Program-made: the position numbers and the translations under genes
Notes under the pieces: generated by a model
Database searches by the model: none
What the model saw: the letters and a program-made list of their open reading frames with translations, nothing else
Told to the model about the DNA's origin: nothing
In this document: piece by piece, positions 9,448 through 18,747 of the stretch
Layout: the number at the start of each line of letters is the position of its first letter
How positions within the stretch are numbered: position 1 is the first letter of the stretch
DNA from: Spartobacteria bacterium
GTDB lineage: Bacteria; Verrucomicrobiota; Verrucomicrobiia; Chthoniobacterales; UBA10450
Reading direction: 5' to 3'
Assembly: GCA_040007175.1 (NCBI GenBank)
Contig: JBDTVP010000008.1
Span: 1,350 to 65,349 of the forward strand
Length of the DNA stretch: 64,000 nt

Positions 9448-9486
9448 GTCGTCACCTTGCGCCCGCGAAGCACTCAGGCGCAAGGT

Positions 9487-9514
9487 AAATCGTCGGACTT
9501 AAATCCGACGATTT
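9487..9514 (-). terminator. 11-bp hairpin immediately downstream of the TPR gene (minus strand)
   Basis: AAATCGTCGGA-cttaaa-TCCGACGATTT, 4 nt beyond the stop at 9518. The stem is A/T-rich at its base. Confidence 0.4.
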
Positions 9515-9517
9515 CGG

Positions 9518-11986
9518 CTATTCGTCCCAGAGAAAATGCTCGAGCCGCAGCCGCGTCAGCCGTGCCTTGGCTTCCTCACTCCGCGTCCCACCGACCGCCG
9601 CCAGTTTGCGGTAGACCGCGACCGCAGACTTCCAGTCGCTCGATTCCTCGAGCAAGTGCGCGGCGTTGAAGCCGGCCTTGTAGAACCAGAAAAATTCGTG
9701 CTGCACATCCGGCCGCGCGCCTTGCTCGATCACGCCATAGTAGCTCGCGAGCGCCGCCGCCTTATCGTTCAACTTCTCGAGCGCCTTCCCTTTTTTGAAC
9801 TCCGCCTGGTTGCGCCAGTGCGCCGGACCGCCCGGTTCGCCTGCGAGCTGCTGGTAGAGATCGATCGCCTTTTGGTAGTTCGTCGGATCCGTCGCTCCAA
9901 ACTCGTAGAAAATGTCGCCTTTCCCGCAGAGCGCTTCCCGGCGTTCCGCTGGCTTCACGTCGTTCTTCAACACTTCGTCGTAGAGAGCGAGCGCTTCCCG
10001 ATTTTTGCTCAGCCGCCGTTCAATCGCCGCCTCTTCATTGCGCGCGGCCCATTTTAATTCGCCGTCCAGTTTCACCACCTGATCGAGCAAGGCGAGCGCA
10101 TGATCGAGCGCCCCCGCCGCCATGCTGGAGAGGGCGGATCGAGCCGCGAAAAAGAGCGCTTTTTCGGCCAGCGCCGCTTCCGGTTTTTGCTGCGCGAGGA
10201 GTTCGAATTGCGTTTGGGCGTTGGCGAAATCGCCGCGGCGATAATAAGCTTCCGCCACTTTCATCCGCACCTCCGCGGTGAAAGGGGAATCCCTGTGCAC
10301 CTCCAAAAAATGGCTCGCTGCCGTAATCACCGCGCTTTCGTCTTTCGCCGGCGCGGCGTCCTCCAGCCAGATTTGCAGGTAATCCGCGCGCTCGCGCGCC
10401 GCCTCGGTTGGCTTGCCCTGGCGAGCCATTTCCAAGTCCTTCCGCACAGTCGTTAGGTCTGGCTTGGGTGCGTGAAAGGCAATCTCCGCCAACGCCACCC
10501 AGGCTTCTGCGACGCGCGGACTCTGTGGAAAATCGTGAATGAATTTCTGGAAAGTCTGCGCGGCTTCTGCCTTGCCCTGCGCCGCCTGGACCGCGCCTTC
10601 CTCGAGCAGGAGTTCCCCGTGGACGGTTTGCTGCGCCGGATCGTTCGCGATCCTGCGATAATCGGCCGCATACTCGGTCTTGCGCTCGAGCCGGAGCCAG
10701 CAAAGCGCTGCATTAAAAAGTGCGGGCCCTGCCGAGGCGGGAGCAACCTCCGCCAGACGCTCATAAATCGGCGCCGCCTTTTCGAACTGGCCGCTGCGGT
10801 AAGCGGCTTCCGCGACCAGCCACTGGCTTCGCGCACGAAAAGCCGCGGCGGAGTTCTGCCTTCCGGCCGCTTCGGCCGCGGCACCCGCCGCCGCCCATTC
10901 CTTCCGCGCCAGGTGCAGCTTCGCCAGTTCGAGATCGGCTTCGCCTAACGATGCCGAACGTACCGGACTGTCCCGCAATTGCGTCAGCAATTCGATGGCC
11001 TTCTCCCGGTCGCCGGAGCGGAGTTTACTCCGGGCGAAAGACCATTGCGCAAGCGCCTGCCGCGGTTGGGCCGGGTCGCGCAGCCAGCGTTCGAGTTCAT
11101 TCGTCGAGGGTTTGCGTTCCATCCGGTAGAGCTCGTCGAGCCGGGCGAAGATCGCGGGCAAGGCGGAGTCGTTAGGGTGATGATCGATAAATTCTTCCAG
11201 CGCGTCGTCCCCACCCTCCGGCGTCTTGGTTTGGATGTGCGCATCGGCCAGGGCGAAAAGGGTCGCGACGAGCAGGGAATGCGAGACTCCTTCCGGTTTC
11301 TGCAAAATTACGCTCAAGGTTTCAATCGCGCGTTCCGGATGACCCTGCGCCAGGTTGAGCCGGCCGAAGAGGAAGCGCCGGTCGTTCCGCTCCGTCGCGA
11401 GCTGCGGTCTCGTTTGGCGCAAAAGGCGATCGGCGGCGGGGACATCGCCCCGTTCGATCAACAACTGGGCGATGCCCAGCTTGGCCCGCGTGCTCCAGGC
11501 CGCGGTCTTCTCCAGGGTTTGCAGGACGCGGATCGCTTCCTCCTTGCGTCCGAGCGCGCGGAGCGCTTCGGCCGTGCCGAAAGTGGCTTCCATTCGTCGC
11601 GCCGCCGATGCGTCGGCCGCAATCTTTTGATAGAGCGGGAGCGCTTCCGCCCAGCGTTCGAGCGCGGCCAGGCCTTGCGCCCGCCAGAACCCCGCTTCTG
11701 AGTCGTTCGTTAGGCTGGAAGAGTCGCGGAAAATCTTGAGCGCCTCCTCCGGCTGGCCGGACCGGACCAGGGCCTCGATCAGCTTGCGCTGCGCGCCCGC
11801 CCGCTCGCCCGCGGTGGGTTTCCCGGAGAGGAAAGCCTGCAGTCGCGTGACCGCGACTTCCGGCACCCCCTCGGCCAGGGGCGCGGCCGCACTCGCGAGC
11901 GCTGCCCCGGTGGTCTGCGCCTCGAGGAGGAATCCCCCTAACGAAAACCCGGCCAGACCAACGAGTGCGAAGAAAAGCACCTTCAT
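9518..11986 (-). CDS. Large secreted TPR-repeat protein
   Basis: The ATG at 11986 gives the signal peptide '[18 protein letters not shown]'. This ATG overlaps the uvrA stop (ATGA). The remainder is TPR-like helical repeats. Confidence 0.8.
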   Translation of the reverse strand: MKVLFFALVGLAGFSLGGFLLEAQTTGAALASAAAPLAEGVPEVAVTRLQAFLSGKPTAGERAGAQRKLIEALVRSGQPEEALKIFRDSSSLTNDSEAGFWRAQGLAALERWAEALPLYQKIAADASAARRMEATFGTAEALRALGRKEEAIRVLQTLEKTAAWSTRAKLGIAQLLIERGDVPAADRLLRQTRPQLATERNDRRFLFGRLNLAQGHPERAIETLSVILQKPEGVSHSLLVATLFALADAHIQTKTPEGGDDALEEFIDHHPNDSALPAIFARLDELYRMERKPSTNELERWLRDPAQPRQALAQWSFARSKLRSGDREKAIELLTQLRDSPVRSASLGEADLELAKLHLARKEWAAAGAAAEAAGRQNSAAAFRARSQWLVAEAAYRSGQFEKAAPIYERLAEVAPASAGPALFNAALCWLRLERKTEYAADYRRIANDPAQQTVHGELLLEEGAVQAAQGKAEAAQTFQKFIHDFPQSPRVAEAWVALAEIAFHAPKPDLTTVRKDLEMARQGKPTEAARERADYLQIWLEDAAPAKDESAVITAASHFLEVHRDSPFTAEVRMKVAEAYYRRGDFANAQTQFELLAQQKPEAALAEKALFFAARSALSSMAAGALDHALALLDQVVKLDGELKWAARNEEAAIERRLSKNREALALYDEVLKNDVKPAERREALCGKGDIFYEFGATDPTNYQKAIDLYQQLAGEPGGPAHWRNQAEFKKGKALEKLNDKAAALASYYGVIEQGARPDVQHEFFWFYKAGFNAAHLLEESSDWKSAVAVYRKLAAVGGTRSEEAKARLTRLRLEHFLWDE

Positions 11987-14862
11987 TTGCCTAACAACGG
12001 CCGCAAATGCGCCCCGGTATAACTCCCTTTCGCGCGCGCAATTTTTTCCGGCGTTCCAGCCGCCACGATCGCGCCGCCCCCTGCGCCGCCTTCCGGCCCG
12101 AGGTCGATCACCCAGTCGGCGCATTTGATCATTTCCAGATTGTGCTCGATCACGACCAGCGTGTTCCCCGCGTCGCGCAACTTCATCAGCACCTGCAGAA
12201 GTTTTTCGATGTCGGCAAAATGGAGCCCGGTGGTCGGTTCGTCGAGGATGTAGAGCGTGCGGCCGGTCGCTTTTTTCGCCAGTTCGGTGGCGAGCTTGAC
12301 CCGTTGCGCTTCGCCGCCGGAGAGCGTGGTGGCGGCTTGCCCGAGTCGCAAATAGCCGAGCCCGACATCCTGCATGGCGCTCAATTTATCCGAGACCGTC
12401 GGGACGTTGCGGAAGAAGCGCGACGCTTCGTCAACCGGCATCTCGAGCACGTCGGCGATGTTTTTCCCTTTGTAAGTAATCTCCAGCGTCTCGCGATTAT
12501 AGCGTTTGCCCTGGCAGACTTCGCAGACCGCGTAGGCGTCGGCGAGGAAATGCATCTCGATCTTGATCAACCCGTCGCCCTGACAATTTTCGCAGCGGCC
12601 GCCTTTGACGTTAAAACTAAAGCGCCCCGCGCTGTAGCCGCGAATCCGCGAGGCCGGCAACTGGCTGAAGAGCTCGCGGATCGGGGTGAACGCGCCGGTG
12701 TAAGTAATGGGATTTGAGCGCGGGGTGCGGCCGATCGCGCTTTGATCGATGATGATCGCTTTGTCGACCTGCTCGAGTCCCTGCAAGGCGCGGTGTTCGC
12801 CCGGCTTGTCCTTCGAGTTGTAGAAATGGCGAAAGAGAGCGCGTCGCAGAATATCGTCCACCAGGGTCGATTTCCCGCTCCCGGAGACGCCGGTGACGCA
12901 GGTGAAACAGCCTAACGGAAAGGCGGCGGTCACGTTCTTAAGATTATTTTCGGTCGCGCCGACGATCGTGATCCAGCCCTCGGACGACGGGTCGCTTGCG
13001 CGCGGCGCAGTCCGCAGGCGCGGGATAGCGATGCGCGAGCGGCCCGCGAGATAAGCCGCGGTCGGCGAGTTCGGTGCGTCCAGAATTTCCGCGAGCGGAC
13101 CCTGCGCGACAATCTCGCCGCCGCGCGGACCGGCGCCCGGCCCAAGATCGAGAATGTAATCGGCGGCCCGAATTGTTTCCTCATCGTGCTCGACCACGAT
13201 GACGGAATTCCCGAGATCGCGCAGACGGCGGAGGGTGCCGATGAGGCGCGCGTTGTCGCGCTGATGGAGTCCGATGCTCGGCTCATCGAGAACGTAGAGC
13301 ACGCCGGCGAGGCCGGAACCGATCTGAGTCGCGAGCCGGATGCGCTGCGCTTCGCCGCCGGAGAGGGTGCCGCTCTCGCGGTTGAGGGTGAGATAATCGA
13401 GCCCGACTTCGAGCAGGAACTCGAGCCGGGAAGAAATTTCATGCACGACTTCCGAGACAATCTCCCGTTGCGCATCCGAAAGCTTTAAGTGCCTAACGAA
13501 ATGAGCCGCGGCCGCAATCGTCGCCTCGCAGAACTGGTGGATGTTTGCCTCCCGGCCCCCCGCTTCCTTGATCGTGACGGCGAGAATTTCCGGCTTGAGC
13601 CGCGCCCCGTGACAGACGCCGCAGGGCGCGCGATTCATGAAGGAGCGAATCCGGCTGCGGGTAAACTCACTCTCGGTTTCCGCGTAGAGCCGCTGCAACT
13701 GCGGAAGCAAGCCTTCGAAAGGCCGGGCCGTTTTCGTAGCGGTGCGCCCGGCGCCGCCGAAACTCATCTCGATCGGGCTGTCGCCTGTCCCGAAGTAGAG
13801 CGCTTCCTTAAATTTCTCCGGCAAATCTTCGAACGGAATGTTGTCCGCGACATTGAAATGCTTAACGAGCGCGGTTTGCAATCCGCGATAGTAAGCCTGC
13901 ATCCGTTTCGTCCCGCGCCGCCAGGGCACGACCGCGCCGTCGGCGAGCGATTTCGAGGTGTCCGTGACCATCAACTCCGGGTCGCAAACCAGTTGGGTCC
14001 CGAGGCCGTGGCAGGCCGGGCAGGCGCCGAGATGGCTGTTAAAGGAAAAATGTTTCGGGGTCAGCTTCCCTAACGAAAAGTCCGTCTCGGGATTTCCGTA
14101 ATCGGTCGAGTAACGGACTTCCTCCCATTCGCTCTCGGTTTCGCGCAGGACGGCGAGGCGGTTATCGCCCCACTTCAAGGCCGTCTCGACTGAATCGGCC
14201 AGCCGGGTCCGAATCCCCTCGCGCACCACGAGCCGATCGACCACCGCCTCGATCGTGTGGCGTAGACCTTTCTTCAACCGGATCGGTGCCGGCCGGCCCA
14301 ACTCCATGATCTCGCCATCCACCCGAACCCGGACGAAGCCTTCGCGTTTCGTTTTTTCGATCACGTCGCGGAATTCTCCACTCTCGTTTCGCACCAATGG
14401 CGCGAGCAGGATGATCTTCGTCTCCTCCGGGTAACCGAGAATTTGATCGACGATTTGTTGCGTCGTCTGGCGGAAGATCGGCTGACCGGTGACCGGATCG
14501 TGCGGTTGCCCGACCGACGAAAATAGGACCCGAAGATAATCGTAAATCTCCGTCGTGGTGGCGATAATCGAGCGCGGATTGGTCCCCGCAGTGCGCTGCT
14601 CGATCGCGATCGCGGGCGAAAGGCCCTCGATGAAATCGACATCCGGCTTTTCCATCTGGTCGAGGAACTGCCGGGCATAAGCGGAAAGGCTCTCGACATA
14701 GCGGCGCTGCCCTTCGGCATAGAGAGTGTCGAAGGCGAGCGACGATTTTCCGGAGCCGCTCATCCCGGTGATCACGACCAGTTTTTCCCTCGGAATCTCG
14801 ACGTGGAGATTCTTTAGATTGTGCTGGCGCGCACCACTGATCTTGATAGTCTTTGCTGGCAT
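11983..14862 (-). CDS. uvrA: Excinuclease ABC subunit A
   Basis: Starts '[18 protein letters not shown]'. It has two ABC ATPase modules ('[12 protein letters not shown]', '[11 protein letters not shown]', 'LSGGEAQR' twice) and zinc-finger Cys clusters. Confidence 0.97.
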   Translation of the reverse strand: MPAKTIKISGARQHNLKNLHVEIPREKLVVITGMSGSGKSSLAFDTLYAEGQRRYVESLSAYARQFLDQMEKPDVDFIEGLSPAIAIEQRTAGTNPRSIIATTTEIYDYLRVLFSSVGQPHDPVTGQPIFRQTTQQIVDQILGYPEETKIILLAPLVRNESGEFRDVIEKTKREGFVRVRVDGEIMELGRPAPIRLKKGLRHTIEAVVDRLVVREGIRTRLADSVETALKWGDNRLAVLRETESEWEEVRYSTDYGNPETDFSLGKLTPKHFSFNSHLGACPACHGLGTQLVCDPELMVTDTSKSLADGAVVPWRRGTKRMQAYYRGLQTALVKHFNVADNIPFEDLPEKFKEALYFGTGDSPIEMSFGGAGRTATKTARPFEGLLPQLQRLYAETESEFTRSRIRSFMNRAPCGVCHGARLKPEILAVTIKEAGGREANIHQFCEATIAAAAHFVRHLKLSDAQREIVSEVVHEISSRLEFLLEVGLDYLTLNRESGTLSGGEAQRIRLATQIGSGLAGVLYVLDEPSIGLHQRDNARLIGTLRRLRDLGNSVIVVEHDEETIRAADYILDLGPGAGPRGGEIVAQGPLAEILDAPNSPTAAYLAGRSRIAIPRLRTAPRASDPSSEGWITIVGATENNLKNVTAAFPLGCFTCVTGVSGSGKSTLVDDILRRALFRHFYNSKDKPGEHRALQGLEQVDKAIIIDQSAIGRTPRSNPITYTGAFTPIRELFSQLPASRIRGYSAGRFSFNVKGGRCENCQGDGLIKIEMHFLADAYAVCEVCQGKRYNRETLEITYKGKNIADVLEMPVDEASRFFRNVPTVSDKLSAMQDVGLGYLRLGQAATTLSGGEAQRVKLATELAKKATGRTLYILDEPTTGLHFADIEKLLQVLMKLRDAGNTLVVIEHNLEMIKCADWVIDLGPEGGAGGGAIVAAGTPEKIARAKGSYTGAHLRPLLGK

Positions 14863-14930
14863 CGGGCGGGATTCGTCGAACCTATCAGTCAAGCACAACC
14901 GCCTGTTTTCTCCAGCGATTTGAATCCATC

Positions 14931-15182
14931 ATGACCGAGCAAAACAGCACTATCCCACAAGAAGAAATCGCGGAGCTGCAGAAGAAATTCAGCGAGATCA
15001 AGCATTCGATTAACAATGCGCTCGCCGTCATGATGGCGCTCTCCGAGATGTCGCAACGCCGGCCCGATTATGCGGAAAAGCTGGCCAGCACGGTCCTGGC
15101 CAAGGCCCCGCAAATCGTGACCAGCTTGCAAGAGTTTACCGTCGCGCTGAACGAAAAAGCCGGCCAGAAACCGGCGGCCTAA
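14931..15182 (+). CDS. Small helical hypothetical protein with a histidine-kinase DHp/H-box-like segment
   Basis: 83 aa from the ATG at 14931. 'FSEIKHSINNALAVM' resembles a HisKA H-box. No other domain is recognisable. Confidence 0.5.
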   Translation: MTEQNSTIPQEEIAELQKKFSEIKHSINNALAVMMALSEMSQRRPDYAEKLASTVLAKAPQIVTSLQEFTVALNEKAGQKPAA

Positions 15183-15225
15183 CAAATCGGGACAGAGCGC
15201 GCAGGGCGCGTGGATTCTAGATGCT

Positions 15226-15262
15226 AGGTCCCTCTCCGTCCTGCGGCGGATCGGGATGACAG
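15226..15262 (-). repeat. Solo half-copy of the TTGTCATCCCGA-type REP/REPIN-like element
   Basis: The reverse complement reads CTGTCATCCCGATCCGCCGCAGGACGGAGAGGGACCTAGC, near-identical to the left arm at 59004 and the right arm at 52217. Confidence 0.6.
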
Positions 15263-15296
15263 TGAAATTAGCTGCTTGCACCGCTGGTCTTAAAAC

Positions 15297-16397
15297 TCAC
15301 AGCGTCAGCAGCAACTCCGCGATCTCGAGCGACGCCCGCGGGCGGCTCAGCAAGCTGATATTTCGCGACCACTCCCGCCAGACCCGCGCCTCATCCGCAA
15401 AGGCCAACTGCACGGCGGTGCGGATCGCTTCCGGCGTCGTCGCCACGACTCCCGATTTCGTTTCCTCGAGCAAACGCGCGTTCCCTTCCTCCTGTCCCGG
15501 CACGATCTGGTTAATGATCATCGGACATTTTGCCGCGATCGTCTCCTGCACCGTCGCGCCGCCGGCTTTGCTGATGAGAAGATGACTTTCCAGCATGAGC
15601 CGCGGCAGTTGATCGCTCCAGCCGACAATCTCGAAGTCGTGGCCCGTCTCCGCGCCCACGCTCTCGACCATCTTCCGCAGTCGCTCGTCGCGGCCCACCG
15701 TCACCGTCAGGCGCACATCGGGAATCTGCGCCAGGCTACGAATGATCCCGGGCGCGGCGACCCCGCCGGCGTTGATCATGTAAAGAAGCCGGCGTTCCCC
15801 GCCCGGGAGTGGTGGCCGGCGCAGCTCGCCCAGCTCGGCAAATTTGGGCGTCACCGGGAAACCGCTCACCCGCAGCTTCTCTGCGGGCACGCCGGCGGCG
15901 CGGAGGACGGCGGCCGTCTGGTCGTTAGGCACGAGGAAGAGGTCGGCCGCGCCGCGAAACCAGATGGCGTTCACTGTGATTGAATCGGTCACGCAGACCA
16001 CGCGCCGAAAAGCAGGCGTGGCCTCGCCCACAATGGTCTCGAGGAGATGCGTGTAAGCCGGGTAAACCGAGACCACCGCGGTCGGTCGAAACCGTTCCAG
16101 CAAACGCCGCAGCCGGCTGCGCGCCAGGAAAAGCCAGCGCAGTTGCGCGCCGTAATTATCTCGCCCGTCAAACGAGCGATAAATTCGTCCCCAAGTCCGC
16201 GGCGCGTGGTTGATCAGCGCGAGATAACCTTTTCGCGCCCAGTCGTTCGCGAACCCGAAAGTCTCGGCAAAGATATCGCGCACTTCGACCACCGCCGCTC
16301 CGCCCGCGACGGCCGCGAGCCCGTCCCGCATCCCGCGCGCGGCCGCGTTGTGACCTTCCCCGAAACCGGCGCTCAATATCAGGATTCGTTTCTCCAT
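15297..16397 (-). CDS. GT28-family glycolipid synthase (MGDG synthase / UgtP-like diacylglycerol glycosyltransferase)
   Basis: 366 aa. The N-terminus 'RILILSAGFGEGHNAAARGM' is typical of the MGDG_synth domain, and the C-terminal half is GT-B-like. Confidence 0.8.
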   Translation of the reverse strand: MEKRILILSAGFGEGHNAAARGMRDGLAAVAGGAAVVEVRDIFAETFGFANDWARKGYLALINHAPRTWGRIYRSFDGRDNYGAQLRWLFLARSRLRRLLERFRPTAVVSVYPAYTHLLETIVGEATPAFRRVVCVTDSITVNAIWFRGAADLFLVPNDQTAAVLRAAGVPAEKLRVSGFPVTPKFAELGELRRPPLPGGERRLLYMINAGGVAAPGIIRSLAQIPDVRLTVTVGRDERLRKMVESVGAETGHDFEIVGWSDQLPRLMLESHLLISKAGGATVQETIAAKCPMIINQIVPGQEEGNARLLEETKSGVVATTPEAIRTAVQLAFADEARVWREWSRNISLLSRPRASLEIAELLLTL

Positions 16398-16428
16398 TCG
16401 TTAGGCCGCGATCTTGGCGGAGAGTTTA

Positions 16429-17364
16429 ATGGCAATCCCGGAGGGGCAAAGTAAACTTCGCGTGACGATGAAATTCCTCCGCAAATTTGGCCGCGTCGTG
16501 CGACGACTCGTCTGGGAGACCGCGACTGACGAGACGATGGGGCTTTCCGCCCAGATGGCCTACCAGTTTCTCTTCACCCTCGCCCCCGGCCTCCTTTTCC
16601 TCTGGCACCTCCTCGGCCTCTTCGGGACCGACCCTGCCAAGCTCCACAAAATGCTTGGCGTAGTCCGGGCTTTTCTTCCGCCCGACCCGAAGGTGCAGGA
16701 AATTCTCGATAACGTCGTGGCCAGCGTCATCATCACCGGGAGCGGCGGCGCGCTCATCACGGCCGGCATCATCGTCGGGATTTTTCTCGGCACGATGTTC
16801 ATTTCCACCATCTCCCACGCTCTCAGCCGCACTCACGGGATCACCGAGGACAAGCATTGGTGGTCGAAATACGTCATCTCGTTTCTTCTTCTTTTCTGGT
16901 TCGGCATCACGATTCTCTTCGCCTTTAACCTGACCGTCTTCGGCGAAACCCTGGCCGGGATCGCGGAAGTAAATTTCCAGCTCGGCATTCCGCTACAGAG
17001 CTGGGTCGCGGCCCTGAACCTCCCCTTCACCGCCCTCGCCCTGGTCATTCTTGCCCTCGCCCTTTACCTGCTAACGCCACAGAATTACCTCACCATCCGG
17101 CAGGCTCTCCCCGGCGCGATTTTTTTCTCCGTCGGCTGGATGACGGTGACGAAACTTTTCCAATTCTACGTCGCGCGCTACGACCGCTACAACCCGACCT
17201 ACCTCGCCCTCGCTTCCATCATCATGCTCCTGACCTGGATGTACCTCACCTGCCTCCTCTTGTTGCTTGGTGGAAAATTAAACGCCATCCTGCGCCGCGA
17301 GAGCGAACGCGCCGCCGCCCGCGCCGAGCATGCCGCGGAAGCGAACGAGCCGCAGCCGGCCTAA
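16429..17364 (+). CDS. YihY/BrkB (virulence factor BrkB / RNase BN-like) family membrane protein
   Basis: 'GLSAQMAYQFLFTLAPGLL' plus six hydrophobic segments. The start is ambiguous (TTG 16414, ATG 16429, ATG 16468). The stop TAA lies inside GCCTAACGA. Confidence 0.8.
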   Translation: MAIPEGQSKLRVTMKFLRKFGRVVRRLVWETATDETMGLSAQMAYQFLFTLAPGLLFLWHLLGLFGTDPAKLHKMLGVVRAFLPPDPKVQEILDNVVASVIITGSGGALITAGIIVGIFLGTMFISTISHALSRTHGITEDKHWWSKYVISFLLLFWFGITILFAFNLTVFGETLAGIAEVNFQLGIPLQSWVAALNLPFTALALVILALALYLLTPQNYLTIRQALPGAIFFSVGWMTVTKLFQFYVARYDRYNPTYLALASIIMLLTWMYLTCLLLLLGGKLNAILRRESERAAARAEHAAEANEPQPA

Positions 17365-17376
17365 CGAACTCGCGTT

Positions 17377-18393
17377 TTGATCCGACCGCGAATTACTCTG
17401 CGTTGGCCGACGCTCCTGGGCGCGCTGCTCCTGGTCGCCCTCTTCCTCGGCACGATCACCCGCGCCGAGCTGACCGAGGAGGAAAAAAAAGCGCTCTTCC
17501 TCAAGTCGCGCGAGAAAATGAGGACCGTCGCAACGCCGACCCCGGAGGAAGCCGCCACGCCCAAGCGCAAACCCAAACCGGCCGAGCGTCCGCCGGCGAA
17601 AAAGAAAAAGAAATCCAGTCCACCCAAGCCCACTCCCGAACCGGAGGAAACTCCCGCGCGCACCCCGAAGCCGAGCGCGAAAGAAACGCCCCGGCGTCGT
17701 GCCCCGCCGGACGAATCCACCCCGGCCCGCGCCGCTGCCGCCACCCGTGCACCGACCCCAGCCGCGACCACCGCGCCTGGCCGACGCTCGGAAAAACCGT
17801 CCGAGCCGGCCGAGGTCGTCGTGCAGAAATCCGGTTACCAAAAGCCGCGTGGCTTTTCCCTTCTCCCCTTCCACCTTTTCGGAAAACGCTACACTTACCT
17901 AACGAGCGCGGTCCGCCGGGAGATCGATCGCGCGCCGGTCCTGCGCGAACGCTGGCGTTTCATCATCGTGCACAATAGCGGCACCCGGCAGGGCAACGCC
18001 CGCATCTTCGATTACTACCACAAGAATGTGCGCCGGATGAAAAACGGGCTGGCCTACCATTTCGTCGTCGGCAACGGCACCTCCTCCGGCAACGGCGAGA
18101 TCGAGATCGGCGATCGCTGGCGCCGGCAAATCAACGGCGGCCACGTGCATAGCGATTACTTGAACAACATTTCGTTAGGCATTTGCCTCGTCGGCGATTT
18201 CAACCGCAGCCAGCCAACCCGGGCCCAGCTCGACGCGACCGAGGAACTGATCCGTTATCTCCGGGCGCGCTGCGGCAAGGTGGAGCGGCGCGACATTCCG
18301 GTGCGTCCGCACCGCGAGATGAATCCCCCGCGCTGGGCGACCGATTGTCCGGGCGATGATTTCCCCTACCGCTGGTTCGGGCAATTTCGTTAG
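17377..18393 (+). CDS. N-acetylmuramoyl-L-alanine amidase (Amidase_2/PGRP fold) with signal peptide and Pro/Lys-rich linker
   Basis: 'FIIVHNSGT', 'YHFVVGNG', 'GGHV', 'SLGICLVGDF' and 'TDCPG' match the amidase_2 pattern. TTG start. The stop TAG lies inside TCGTTAGG. Confidence 0.85.
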   Translation: MIRPRITLRWPTLLGALLLVALFLGTITRAELTEEEKKALFLKSREKMRTVATPTPEEAATPKRKPKPAERPPAKKKKKSSPPKPTPEPEETPARTPKPSAKETPRRRAPPDESTPARAAAATRAPTPAATTAPGRRSEKPSEPAEVVVQKSGYQKPRGFSLLPFHLFGKRYTYLTSAVRREIDRAPVLRERWRFIIVHNSGTRQGNARIFDYYHKNVRRMKNGLAYHFVVGNGTSSGNGEIEIGDRWRRQINGGHVHSDYLNNISLGICLVGDFNRSQPTRAQLDATEELIRYLRARCGKVERRDIPVRPHREMNPPRWATDCPGDDFPYRWFGQFR

Positions 18394-18588
18394 GGGCATT
18401 TTCACCACGAAGGGCACCATGGGAGAGGCGGGCAGAACCCCATCTGCCCGGTCATCAAGGACCCGACCGATTCCTCGCCATCACCCTCAAAAGCGACGGG
18501 ACACCGCTTGAGCCAGCCTTCCTGAGCAACTTCCAGAGTCTGCAAACGACCGGCGACTGGCAGTAATCCATCTCGCCGGCCCGACTTT

Positions 18589-18634
18589 CCCCTCGTTCTT
18601 GGACGATCGTGTTTGAGCGCGAGGGGATTTTTTT
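18589..18634 (+). terminator. Intrinsic-terminator-like hairpin plus T7 run inside a 354-nt intergenic region
   Basis: CCCCTCG-N24-CGAGGGG followed by A-TTTTTTT (18628-18634). It lies 196 nt after the amidase stop and 113 nt before the next start codon. Confidence 0.45.
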
Positions 18635-18747
18635 GCCCTGACCTCTGGCCATTTGACTTGATCGATCGGGGCCAAGTCGTGCAGTTTCAAGATGAGGAAC
18701 GGAAAAAACTTCTGCTCCCGGCGAGGAGAAACAACCAAGGAGAATAC

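Noticed and set aside
14610-14625. HIP1-like palindrome GCGATCGC and the general richness in CGATCG
   Set aside because: I found only about 7 GCGATCGC copies, perhaps about 3-fold over a crude expectation. This is common in GC-rich genomes and far from the ~30-fold excess of CCTAACGA.
17530-17800. Low-complexity Pro/Lys/Ala/Thr-coding DNA here, and also at 31480-31718 and 34100-34330
   Set aside because: These are in-frame linker or tail regions of the amidase, the BamD-like protein and the REC-PATAN protein. They are compositional bias and not discrete tandem DNA repeats or mobile elements.
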